In this document: positions 39,305 through 49,308 of the stretch, piece by piece
Layout: every line of letters begins with the position of its first letter
Numbering within the stretch: the first letter of the stretch is position 1
DNA from: Candidatus Latescibacterota bacterium
GTDB taxonomy: Bacteria > Latescibacterota > UBA2968 > UBA8231
Length of the DNA stretch: 64,000 nt
Direction: 5' to 3'
NCBI GenBank assembly: GCA_965243025.1
Contig: CBDETY010000003.1
Location: 1,728,001-1,792,000 of the forward strand
Position numbers and translations under genes: made by a program
The notes under the pieces: generated by a model
What the model was told of the DNA's origin: nothing
What the model saw: only the letters and a program-made list of their open reading frames with translations
Database searches by the model: none

Positions 39305-40582
39305 CTACGCCAGAAGACCCGGGGTCTCGAGGGTCTGCTTCAGACGGCCGAGGAAACGGGCACAGGCGGCACCGTCGAGGGCGCGGTGATCGGCTGCCAG
39401 CGTCATCGACATCTGGGGCCGCACCGCCATTCCGTGGTTCTCGATTGCCACCACCCTGTCCTCCAGGCTGCCGACGGCCAGTATGGCGACTTGAGGGGGA
39501 TTGATGATGGCGGTGAACCGGGAAACTCCGAGCATTCCCAGGTTTGAAATGGTGAATGTTCCCCCGGTCATGTCGTCCGGCTGCAGGCGGCCGTTCCGGG
39601 CCGCATCCACGAGCCGCCTGGACTCGGCTGCAATCTGCTCCAGTGAAAGGCCGGGGACGTTGCGGATTACCGGAACCATCAGCCCCCGAGGGGTGTCGGC
39701 GGCGATCCCGATGTTGACCTCGCCAAGCTGTGTCAGGGTGGTTCCGTTCAGCACGCTGTTGAATCGGGGCTGCTCTTCCAGAACCTTCCCGAGCGCCCGT
39801 ACGATCAGGTCGTTGTAGGAGATCTTTTTCCCCTCGATGGCATACCCCTGCCGGAACTGCTGGAGCCAGACCCCGGATATTTCCATTCCGATATGGATGT
39901 GGGGAATCTGCTGATAGCTGGCCGTAAGGCGTTCGGCGGCAACCTGCTGGGCACGAGTCAACTCGACGGGCCCCGACGCGGGGGCGGCGACCGGCGCGGC
40001 CGCAACTGTCCGTACTTCGGGAGCCCCGACAGCCTGCGGAACCGCTGGGCCCGCGTGAGCCTTCAGGTCGGAACTGACGATCCGCCCCCCGGGTCCCGTG
40101 CCCGCAACGGCTGTCAGGTCAAGGCCGAGGGCGGCCGCCATCTTGCGGGCCTTGGGGGATGCCCGATGAGGCCGCCCCGGGACCGCAGGCTGGAGCGGTT
40201 CAGGTTCAGGTGCCGGAGAAACGGTTTCGACCTTGGCTGGTGGCTCAGACGGCGAGGCGGCCGGTTCCGGGGACTGGCCTGGCTCCGGTTCCGCCTTCCC
40301 TGCCTTTGCCGCGAGCCGGGACTCGAAATCGCCGATTTCTTCCTCCGCCCCGGCGATGATGCCGATGGGAGTCGTGACTGGCACTTCTTCACCTTCCGGT
40401 ACCAGGATTCGGCGCAGGACGCCGGATGCCTGGGCTTCCACTTCCATCGTGACCTTGTCGGTGACGACCTCGAGAATCGGTTCCCCGCGCGTCACTGTTC
40501 CCCCTTCGGATACCAGCCACGCTCCTATCGTCCCGGTCTCCATGGTCAGGCCCAGCTTGGGCATGACGACTTCCGTAGCCAT
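39305..40582 (-). CDS. dihydrolipoamide acyltransferase (E2 of a 2-oxoacid or acetoin dehydrogenase)
   Basis: Lipoyl motif VTDKVT, E3-binding ASPKARK...GTGPGGRI, catalytic DHRALDG. Confidence 0.94.
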   Translation of the reverse strand: MATEVVMPKLGLTMETGTIGAWLVSEGGTVTRGEPILEVVTDKVTMEVEAQASGVLRRILVPEGEEVPVTTPIGIIAGAEEEIGDFESRLAAKAGKAEPEPGQSPEPAASPSEPPAKVETVSPAPEPEPLQPAVPGRPHRASPKARKMAAALGLDLTAVAGTGPGGRIVSSDLKAHAGPAVPQAVGAPEVRTVAAAPVAAPASGPVELTRAQQVAAERLTASYQQIPHIHIGMEISGVWLQQFRQGYAIEGKKISYNDLIVRALGKVLEEQPRFNSVLNGTTLTQLGEVNIGIAADTPRGLMVPVIRNVPGLSLEQIAAESRRLVDAARNGRLQPDDMTGGTFTISNLGMLGVSRFTAIINPPQVAILAVGSLEDRVVAIENHGMAVRPQMSMTLAADHRALDGAACARFLGRLKQTLETPGLLA

Positions 40583-40710
40583 CGAATCTCTCTTTGTCTT
40601 TCGCCTGTCTGATTGAAGGGGTTGTATGCCTGGGGAATCGCGGCTGCCTGCCCGCGGCTTCGGATGTTTTCGGCAGTCTGGCGCTTTGGAGTGCCGGCCG
40701 GGATCTGACG

Positions 40711-41775
40711 CTACTCTGTGGCAGCCTGGTCCAGTGCTTCGAGAACCTCGCTGATCCTCAATGTCCCTATGTCTCTGGTCCGGACAACCGCGACTCGATC
40801 GTTTCCCGGATGGATCCAGCGCCTGGGATCTTCATCGAAGATGGCAACAGCGGGAACCTCGAGGAAAATCGACAGATGCAGCAGGTCGGAATTGCAGGAA
40901 ATCACTGCGCGACAACCTTCCAGAAGTGCGGCCACCTCGTACAGATCCCCAAGGTCAAGGGCGAGAATCCGGTTGCCGAAAATCGATCTAAAATAGTCGA
41001 CCTTTTTTCTCTCCGCGAGGGTAAAGAACAGGATCGCCCTTTTTCCCGCTTCCATCAGACCCCGGACGATATCCTCGACCTGACGCCTCGCCAACCCCTT
41101 CCCATCCCGGCGGGACAGGTCGATGCCGACGAGATTGCCGGTAGCGAATTCCCCGAAGAAGTAGCGGCACCGCACCTCCCATGCGCGGGCTTCGGGTACC
41201 GACCAGCCTGGGTTTTCTCCCCTTTCCAGCCGAAAAAGGTCCAACAACACCTCGTAATGCCCTCCCTCGTAGGCATTCCTGTCATTGCACTCGATCTCGA
41301 TGTTGAACCAGCCTTCCGGACCCGGGCGGCTGAATCCGACCCGCAGCCGGGCTCCGCTTCGGGCGCATACCATGCCAAGTCGAAAGCTGCAGTCCGACCC
41401 CAGGCATATTGCGAGATCGAACCTGCGGCTGCGCAGGGACCGGGTGAGTCTGCTTACGGGAGATTTCCAGAACGGACCGGCGTCCAGTTCGGCGGTGATA
41501 ATGTCGTCAAAGTCAGGTATCTGCCTTGCCAGGGTGGCCAGGTGTTCCTGGCAAACGATGGAAATCTCAGCTTCCGGATAGGACTGGCGAAGTCCCTTGT
41601 AGACCGGAATCCCGAGAAAAAAGCCTCCCGGACGGTCACTGGGAACTACCAGAATCCGCTCCGCCTTCCGGAGCTCAGATAAAACGTCAAGCGTCTCTTT
41701 CTCGGGGCGAAACACCGATCCCCATTTGAGAAGCGCCTTGTCCCACAAGGATCCGTTTTCCCAAGCCTGATTCAT
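40711..41775 (-). CDS. glycosyltransferase family 9 (heptosyltransferase-like), divergent
   Basis: ILVVPSDRPGG..., LRQSYPEAEI, FDLAI, ARLRVGF, VISCNSDLLHLS. Confidence 0.78.
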   Translation of the reverse strand: MNQAWENGSLWDKALLKWGSVFRPEKETLDVLSELRKAERILVVPSDRPGGFFLGIPVYKGLRQSYPEAEISIVCQEHLATLARQIPDFDDIITAELDAGPFWKSPVSRLTRSLRSRRFDLAICLGSDCSFRLGMVCARSGARLRVGFSRPGPEGWFNIEIECNDRNAYEGGHYEVLLDLFRLERGENPGWSVPEARAWEVRCRYFFGEFATGNLVGIDLSRRDGKGLARRQVEDIVRGLMEAGKRAILFFTLAERKKVDYFRSIFGNRILALDLGDLYEVAALLEGCRAVISCNSDLLHLSIFLEVPAVAIFDEDPRRWIHPGNDRVAVVRTRDIGTLRISEVLEALDQAATE

Positions 41776-42078
41776 CGTCCGGGGGAACCCTTCAGTTTAC
41801 CTGAGTGTCGAGGGGGTTGGCCGGCCCCCCTCCCTTCAAATTGTATTGCCCGGATTGACCTGGAATGCGGTACCGCTTGAGGTGGGGGAAAATGTCCGTG
41901 GCGGGATTTCCAGGTTGGAGAAGTTGATGGTTTACCAAATTAGATGAAAACCTCGTGGGGGGTTAGAATATCCTGCCCCTCGGGGCCATGTCAAAGGCCG
42001 CTCTGCGGCCAGCAGCAATCGACTCCCCGCTTCCCGGAAGGGTGCGGGGGAAAATGTGTGTGCAGGCACGAAAATTCC

Positions 42079-42527
42079 ATGACCGTTCCCTCCAGGGACT
42101 TCACTGCCACCACTTTCGTCGTCCAGGATGAAAAGGTTCTGTTGTTGTGGCACAACAAGATGAAAGCATGGCTCCCCCCCGGAGGTCACATAGCTGAAAA
42201 CGAGCTCCCCGAGGAGGCGGCGGTTCGGGAAGTCCTCGAGGAGGCGGGACTCGAAGTCAGGCTTCTCGGAAACCGGAAGGTCGTTGGAAACGTGACCGTG
42301 CTGACTCAGCCCTCATGCATTCTTCTCGAGGATATCGAGGCGGGACACCAGCATATCGATCTCATCTACTTTGCCGAGGTCAGCGGCTCCGGGGAGGTGC
42401 TCCTCAACGAACGTGAGGCCTCCTGTTTCAGGTGGTATGACTGCGAGCAGCTGCAGGGGGACGAGATCGCCGAAGACATCCGCCATCTCGGTCGACGGGC
42501 GATCGCCGCAGTCCGCGGCCAGGGCGC

Positions 42528-42531
<4 letters not shown>
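42079..42531 (+). CDS. NUDIX hydrolase
   Basis: Nudix box PGGHIAENELPEEAAVREVLEEAGL; HQHIDLIY. Confidence 0.92.
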
Positions 42532-43475
<944 letters not shown>

Positions 43476-43496
43476 GCCGGACCGGAAACAGTTCCG

Positions 43497-44186
43497 CTAA
43501 TCAGCCGGGGGGCTGGTCAAGACATGGATGTCGATCCCCTGTTCCTGCCCCCGCCAGCGTACCGCCACCGTCTCCCGACTGTGGTCGAACCCCCGGTCGC
43601 GTAGTCCGGAGATGAAGTTGGCGGCAACAGGCCTGCGGGGGTCGCTGAGGTAGAGCCTTCCCCCGGGCTTGAGGAGCGATTTCAGAAGGCGGTTCAGGTT
43701 GGGGTGGTCGCGGGGTTCGTACGCGATATCGGACGCGACCAGGCACTCGCGGGGTTTTCCGACCGGGTGCCGCCAGTCGAGATAGGCGACCTGGTGACCT
43801 GGACCTGCCCGGTTCCTGACCGCGTTGTGGGTGGTGAAAATCAGTGCGTCTTCGACGTAGTCCGTCGCTTCGACGCGCCAGCCCAGGCGCGCCAGCGTTA
43901 TGCCGACGAGCCCCAGTCCACAGCCCAGCTCGACCGCATCCACGGCTGGCAAACGCCTTTCGAACAACCATCGGGAAAGGCCCAGGGCGGCAGGCCACAC
44001 CTCGGCCCAGTACGGAAACCGCGGATGGGAATCCGGCTCGCGATCGAGGAGCCGGTCGAGAAGCGCGTAGGCATCCACGGTCTCGACGATGGTGAGCTCG
44101 AGGCCTGTACCTACGGCTACGGTGGTCTCCCGGGTATCGTACTTGCCCAGGGTGCGTTTCAGCTGTCGCGGTGAATAGCGCTTCAA
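43497..44186 (-). CDS. SAM-dependent methyltransferase (METTL21/lysine methyltransferase-like)
   Basis: PYWAEVWPAA, ELGCGLG, ATDY, LDW, ASDIAYE; TTG start inferred. Confidence 0.82.
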   Translation of the reverse strand: MKRYSPRQLKRTLGKYDTRETTVAVGTGLELTIVETVDAYALLDRLLDREPDSHPRFPYWAEVWPAALGLSRWLFERRLPAVDAVELGCGLGLVGITLARLGWRVEATDYVEDALIFTTHNAVRNRAGPGHQVAYLDWRHPVGKPRECLVASDIAYEPRDHPNLNRLLKSLLKPGGRLYLSDPRRPVAANFISGLRDRGFDHSRETVAVRWRGQEQGIDIHVLTSPPAD

Positions 44187-44199
44187 GCGCCTGGATCCG

Positions 44200-44718
44200 T
44201 CAGTCCCGGTCGCGCTTTTCCCGAGTCCCCTGGCCTTCGCGCCACCTCCAGCCGCGGCCCTCGGATGCCCGCATGCCTTCAACGATCTCGCGAAGGTCGC
44301 GGCGAAAATGGTCCGAAAACAGGACGAGCTTTGCCCGTTGCCGGATCGTCAGGTGGCCCTCCAGGCCCTTTTTGAACTCATCGTCGGCCATCCGCAACCG
44401 TCGGTCGAGGTCGACTACCTTTTCCATGGCGGCGAGCAACTCCGAATCTTCTGGAGATTCTCCCCCCAGAATATGCCTGAGGTCGCCGGCGGCCTTTTTT
44501 CTCTGAACCCTCAGCTCTTCCATTTTGCGGTGGTGCCGGCTCAAGAGCGGAAACAGCACGGCGGCCTGGTCGACGTCGATTTCGAGCTGGTCGACGAGCC
44601 TCCACATTTTCAGGAACTGAATGCGGTCCAGGGAACGCCCGCCCTCGGAAGACAGTTGACTCCAACCCGCCTCCGGGAGAGCGAGCACGAGGATTACGAG
44701 CGCCGCGGTTGCTTTCAC
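44200..44718 (-). CDS. periplasmic Spy/CpxP-like helical protein
   Basis: Signal peptide; helical body with LTIRQ (LTxxQ-like) motif; follows the anti-sigma gene. Confidence 0.65.
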   Translation of the reverse strand: MKATAALVILVLALPEAGWSQLSSEGGRSLDRIQFLKMWRLVDQLEIDVDQAAVLFPLLSRHHRKMEELRVQRKKAAGDLRHILGGESPEDSELLAAMEKVVDLDRRLRMADDEFKKGLEGHLTIRQRAKLVLFSDHFRRDLREIVEGMRASEGRGWRWREGQGTREKRDRD

Positions 44719-45362
44719 TCTGCCTTCTCCGCTGTCAATGCGTAAATGTCTTCCCCCTCGACCAGCAGCTGCATCTGTTCAAAAAGCTCCGATTCGCTCG
44801 CCGTTTCGAGAAGGTACCGGGAGACCTCGGAATCGAGATCGGGAGGGCTGGACTCCGCCAGGAAATCCCCTCCAAACAGCTGGACTTCGTCCCCGTACCA
44901 CAGGGAGACTGATTCCAGGAACTCGTCCACTCCCGGGGAATCCGGGGATTCTTCCCCACCCTGTTCCCCGACAAGGCCGGTACCCGCTGGCAGCCCGGGT
45001 TCGACCAGGGAGAGCCGATCGCTTGCTGCCAGGACCAGCAGCACGGCGGCGGCACCGGCGACCGCTCCGGAAAATGCAGGAGACCACCGCCTCCCCCATG
45101 ATCTCCAGCCCGCGTGTTCCTCGATTCGACGCCGCACCCGGGCCCCGAATCCCGAGGAGACGAAGGGGTCCATGGCCGGTACTGGAACTGTCGAGGTCAT
45201 GGCCAGTGTCTGCTCGAAGCCGGCCAGATTCCGCCGGCAGGCCTGGCACCGTTCGAGATGGCTTTCCACCAGGGGGCGCCGGTGGACCGGCAAACTCCCG
45301 TCCAGAAACTCGACCAGGGACTGTTCGTCGCAGACCGCAGCGCCAGGCTTGTCGGTAGACAT
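44715..45362 (-). CDS. zinc-finger (HxxxCxxC) anti-sigma factor
   Basis: HLERCQAC motif, single TM segment, acidic periplasmic tail. Confidence 0.88.
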   Translation of the reverse strand: MSTDKPGAAVCDEQSLVEFLDGSLPVHRRPLVESHLERCQACRRNLAGFEQTLAMTSTVPVPAMDPFVSSGFGARVRRRIEEHAGWRSWGRRWSPAFSGAVAGAAAVLLVLAASDRLSLVEPGLPAGTGLVGEQGGEESPDSPGVDEFLESVSLWYGDEVQLFGGDFLAESSPPDLDSEVSRYLLETASESELFEQMQLLVEGEDIYALTAEKAE

Positions 45363-45988
45363 TACCCCTCCTCCGCGCCGGATTCCCCAGCGGTGCTCTC
45401 GGTGAGGGCAGCGCGCAACTTGCGGACCGCGTGAAAATACCCTGCCCGGACCGACCCCTCCGACCTTCCGATCACCTCGGCGATCGCTGCGTGCGACAGG
45501 TCGTCAAAATGCCTCATCACAAAGATGCTTCTCTGCCTGGGTGGCAGGTCCCGGATCGCCGCCTGAATCGCTGCGATCCGCTGTTTCATCATCAGCTCGC
45601 TTTCGGGGTCGCAAGCATGGAGCCGACGGTGTTCAATGGCGGTCTCCGCTTCGGAATCGAGAAACAACCTGTTTCTCAGCTTTTTCCTGCGCATATGGTT
45701 GAGAGATGTATTCAAGGCAATTCTGTAGAGCCAGGTATACAGGGAGGAACGCCCGCCGAACCGGTGCAGGGATCTGTAGGCTTTCACGAAGGTTTCCTGG
45801 GCGAGGTCCGCGGCCTCGTCGGAGTCTCCGACCATGTGGGCCAAAAAGCGAAAAATCCGGTCCTGGTAGCGGCGAACGATGGCGTCGAAGGAGGATTCCC
45901 GCCCTTGCCTGAACAGGCTGACCAGCTCGGCATCTGAGGTGGTCTCACCTGGCGTGGGCTTGGTTATGGCTGTCGCCTCTCCGGTCAT
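45362..45988 (-). CDS. ECF RNA polymerase sigma factor
   Basis: DLAQETF, TWLYRIA, LPPRQR, region 4 HTH. Confidence 0.93.
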   Translation of the reverse strand: MTGEATAITKPTPGETTSDAELVSLFRQGRESSFDAIVRRYQDRIFRFLAHMVGDSDEAADLAQETFVKAYRSLHRFGGRSSLYTWLYRIALNTSLNHMRRKKLRNRLFLDSEAETAIEHRRLHACDPESELMMKQRIAAIQAAIRDLPPRQRSIFVMRHFDDLSHAAIAEVIGRSEGSVRAGYFHAVRKLRAALTESTAGESGAEEG

Positions 45989-46041
45989 GATGCATCAGCC
46001 CCAGTGCTGGCGGCGGCAGTACTCCGACTCGTTCAGGACCA

Positions 46042-46071
46042 TTAGACAATGCAGCCGGGATGAGCGTTTAA
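46042..46071 (-). promoter_or_regulatory. possible autoregulated ECF promoter
   Basis: Minus strand TAAAC...GTCTAA (AAC/GTC pattern typical of ECF promoters) upstream of the sigma gene. Confidence 0.3.
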
Positions 46072-46110
46072 CAGGTTCCCTTTCCGCGTCCGAGGGGCCG
46101 TCGGACACGA

Positions 46111-47142
46111 TCACTTCAACCCTTCAGCCTGCTCGCTCCCGGCGGCTGACCTGGCCTCGGCGATCAGTTTTTCGTTCATCTCGAAGGTTTGATTGCCTGC
46201 CTCGGTAAGGCGGCCGGGGGGGAAATAGGACCGTCCGTACATGGGATAGGCCTCGCTGCGCAGATGAGCCAGGCCCAGGTGTGCGGAGCGCCGCCGGCGC
46301 TCGTGGCGCAACGCCCCCAGGTCGATCGTCGTCACCACGATCTTCTCTCCGGGTCCCGGGTCGGCCTGGGCAAGAATCCGGCCCTCGAAATCGACTATCA
46401 TGCTCCCTCCAGGCCAGGAGAACGGGGCGTAGTGGCAAAGCGAAGCGCCCTGGTTTGCGCCGACGACATAGGCGGTGTTCTCCAGCGCGCGACAGCGGTT
46501 TACCACCGTCCACCAGTCCATCGGCGGAGTAGCTCCCCAGGGGTCCATGTAAGCGGAAACACGAACCAGTATTTCGGCCCCGTTGGCGGTCAACTGCCGC
46601 AGCGGTTCGGGGAAGATCCAGTCGTAACAGATCGCAGCCCCTATGCGGCCGATCTGCGTCGCGGCCACCGGAAACAGCTCCTCGTCGTATCCGTCCAGAT
46701 CGTGCGGGCTGGCATGCACCTCCCAGGGGATCCAGGGATTGACCTTCCGGTACTTCGACAGGATACCCTCCGGACCGACCAGGCAGGTCGCATTGAAGAC
46801 CTTGCCGGGCCACTTCGGATCTTCTTCCAGGAAGCTTCCGGTCTGAATGTAGATTCCGAGCTCCCGGGCCTTCGCCACGTAGCGCTCGGTGTGCTCGTTC
46901 GGTATGGGGACGGTCAGCTTCGCCAGCAGGCTGTTCGCGGTCGGATAAATGGGAGCGGCGTGGCCGAATTCGGGAAAAGCGATCAACCTTACGTCGGTAA
47001 AGGGCCGGTAACCCGTCACCGCCATGTCGATCATTTCGATCATGCGGTCCGTGCTGCGGTAAATCTCGCGGCGCGACTCGGGGTTAGGCTGGTCGACCTG
47101 ACAGGCCGCCACGCCGTAGCGCAGTGAGCTGTCGGCCGTCAT
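46111..47142 (-). CDS. nitrilase / carbon-nitrogen hydrolase
   Basis: Glu-Lys-Cys triad in FPEF, YRK, ICYD. Confidence 0.88.
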   Translation of the reverse strand: MTADSSLRYGVAACQVDQPNPESRREIYRSTDRMIEMIDMAVTGYRPFTDVRLIAFPEFGHAAPIYPTANSLLAKLTVPIPNEHTERYVAKARELGIYIQTGSFLEEDPKWPGKVFNATCLVGPEGILSKYRKVNPWIPWEVHASPHDLDGYDEELFPVAATQIGRIGAAICYDWIFPEPLRQLTANGAEILVRVSAYMDPWGATPPMDWWTVVNRCRALENTAYVVGANQGASLCHYAPFSWPGGSMIVDFEGRILAQADPGPGEKIVVTTIDLGALRHERRRRSAHLGLAHLRSEAYPMYGRSYFPPGRLTEAGNQTFEMNEKLIAEARSAAGSEQAEGLK

Positions 47143-48275
47143 GCCCCCGCTCTCTTGGTCTTCCACTCCTTCACCCTGCCCCGGCGGACCTCGATCAGCT
47201 CGGCAACGACACTTATTCCGATCTCCTCGGGAGTGTCGGCGCCGATGTTGAATCCGATCGGTGCGTAGACCTCCTCGAGGCGACTGCGGTCTCCGCCCCT
47301 GCTTTCGATACGGTTCCAGAGGATCAGCTTCTTGCGCTCACTCCCGAGCATTCCGATGTATCGCGCCGGTGTTCTGATTGCCAGTTCGACGACGATCTCG
47401 TCGTGCTGGTGACCGCGGGTGGCGGCAACGACGTAGGTCTGGTCGTCGAACGGAAGGCGCTCGAAGACCTCCTCGATCTCGGCGGCCACGCACTCGTCTG
47501 CCTCAGGGTGGCGTTCGGGGTTGGCGAACAGCGGCCGATCGTCGATTACGACGACATGAAACCCCGAGTTCTTGGCCAGGCTGCAGATCTGCGCGCCGAC
47601 GTGACCACCGCCGAAAACGTAGAGCACCGGGGGTGGCATGAAGGGCTCGAGGTACACCTCGACCCCCTCCAGTCCCGCTGCCCCGAGCGCCTCCCGGCTG
47701 CGGGAGTCGAGGCCAGGGGATTCCTCCGGCAGACTGAAAACCCGTGGTTTCTCCCGCTGCAGAACTTCCGCAGCCCATTGCTCGACGCACTCGTTCAGGG
47801 CAGCCGCGCCGAGACGCCCCAGCCGGTCTCCATCCGGGAACAGGAGCAGCTTGTCCGGCTCCCCATCAGGCAGCTTCTGCGAAGCGAGCACCGTCGCCAT
47901 CACACACTCGCGGCGCCTGGATCTGGCGTCGACTACAGCGGCAAACAGGTCCGGTTCGGTATCCGGTTCGACCGGTTCCGTGTAGATACGCACCGTTCCT
48001 CCGCAGTTGAGCCCGCTCTCACCGGCCTGCTTCTCGGTCATTGTGTAGCGCGTCGTATGCGGACGTCGGGTGGACAAGACCTCCCTGCCGACGGTGAGAA
48101 TCTCCGCTTCGAGACAGCCCCCCCCTATGGTTCCGGCGACGCTGCCGTCGTCCCGGATCAGCATCTTGGCGCGCTCACTCATGGGAATCGAACCGCTGCT
48201 TTCCACCAGGGACGCCAGGGCTCCGCGCCCGCCCTCGCGGCGCATCGCCACAACCTCCTGCAGCACGTCTTCCAT
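47139..48275 (-). CDS. xdhC: XdhC/CoxI family Moco-insertion accessory protein
   Basis: GTIGGGCLE, CGGTV, FGGGHVG, TRGH, YIGMLGS, APIG. Confidence 0.92.
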   Translation of the reverse strand: MEDVLQEVVAMRREGGRGALASLVESSGSIPMSERAKMLIRDDGSVAGTIGGGCLEAEILTVGREVLSTRRPHTTRYTMTEKQAGESGLNCGGTVRIYTEPVEPDTEPDLFAAVVDARSRRRECVMATVLASQKLPDGEPDKLLLFPDGDRLGRLGAAALNECVEQWAAEVLQREKPRVFSLPEESPGLDSRSREALGAAGLEGVEVYLEPFMPPPVLYVFGGGHVGAQICSLAKNSGFHVVVIDDRPLFANPERHPEADECVAAEIEEVFERLPFDDQTYVVAATRGHQHDEIVVELAIRTPARYIGMLGSERKKLILWNRIESRGGDRSRLEEVYAPIGFNIGADTPEEIGISVVAELIEVRRGRVKEWKTKRAGA

Positions 48276-48348
48276 TGCCTTCAGTCCGATTCAGTTCTGC
48301 CGGGACCTGGACAGGTTGGCCGCTGACACGGCAACCTTTCTGCTTCCT

Positions 48349-48957
48349 TCAATCAATTGCGAAACGAGTGCCGAGGCGGAGGTAATCTGCGGGCGTGTCC
48401 AGATCTTCCAGCACCTCGGCCGCATCTACTTCCAGCTCGACAGTGTCCCCTGCGTGTCTCCCGGTGACGGTGTTGAGCCCCTTGTCCGCCGGCAAAGCAA
48501 GGATCTCGTCCCGGTAGCGGCCGCAGATGTAGACCGGATGACCCCTCTTTCCGCGATGCGTCGGCACCACAATGCCCGCTCCCGCAGACCGGGAGCAGTG
48601 GATGATCCTTGCGACGACCTCGGTGTTGAGATCGGGTTGGTCGCCGAGGCAGACAAGGTATCCGGCGGATTTCGGGTCGGCGGACCGGACTCCCGACTGC
48701 ACCGAAGTCACCATCCCCTGGCGAAACCGCTCGTTCACGACACAGGCGAGATCCCGGTTTCCCAGCCGCCGTTCGACCTCGCTGGCCCGATGGCCGAGAA
48801 CTACCACGGTAGCGAGCTCGAAATCCCGCCCGGCAACGGCGCCAAGGCGTTCGACCACAGTCTCTACCACCGTGCACCCGTCGAGGGGAAGAAGTTGCTT
48901 GAACCTCCCCATACGCCGGGACTGCCCGGCGGCCAGAACGATCGCCGTAACCAACAC
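48349..48957 (-). CDS. mocA: molybdenum cofactor cytidylyltransferase-like nucleotidyltransferase
   Basis: LAAGQSRRMG, GMVTS, LGDQP, RGHPV, DLDTPADY; next to xdhC. Confidence 0.85.
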   Translation of the reverse strand: MLVTAIVLAAGQSRRMGRFKQLLPLDGCTVVETVVERLGAVAGRDFELATVVVLGHRASEVERRLGNRDLACVVNERFRQGMVTSVQSGVRSADPKSAGYLVCLGDQPDLNTEVVARIIHCSRSAGAGIVVPTHRGKRGHPVYICGRYRDEILALPADKGLNTVTGRHAGDTVELEVDAAEVLEDLDTPADYLRLGTRFAID

Positions 48958-48996
48958 TATTTCAACTCTAACTTGTTGTGGAAAATAGACTAATGG

Positions 48997-49025
48997 AGTT
49001 TATCGGGAGGGTTTTCCGGTGTCAA
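48997..49025 (-). promoter_or_regulatory. sigma70 promoter of the mocA-xdhC-nitrilase unit
   Basis: TTGACA-17 bp-TAAACT on the minus strand. Confidence 0.6.
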
Positions 49026-49192
49026 CTGGCCGTCTGCTTCCGAGCCGGCTGAATCGAACCCCACTCGCAGTCCCCCGCCCACCAACCCCGTGCCGGTGAG
49101 CGAGCTCCCGGTACTGAACCCCGAATTCCAGCCGGATTCACCCGGATCCCTGTGCACTTGCGGAATCAGGGAATCCCGGAAACTTCGGTTTC

Positions 49193-49221
49193 TTGCACAG
49201 ACCGTTTCACTGGCTTATCAT
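49193..49221 (+). promoter_or_regulatory. sigma70 promoter of the 797-aa gene
   Basis: TTGCAC-17 bp-TATCAT. Confidence 0.5.
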
Positions 49222-49308
49222 TGAAATTTTCCCAATTTACGAACCGTACCAACATTCCGCAGGCCCGCTTTTCGCCGGGGAGGCGAGGAGAGCGCCGCCG
49301 GCAAGGAG

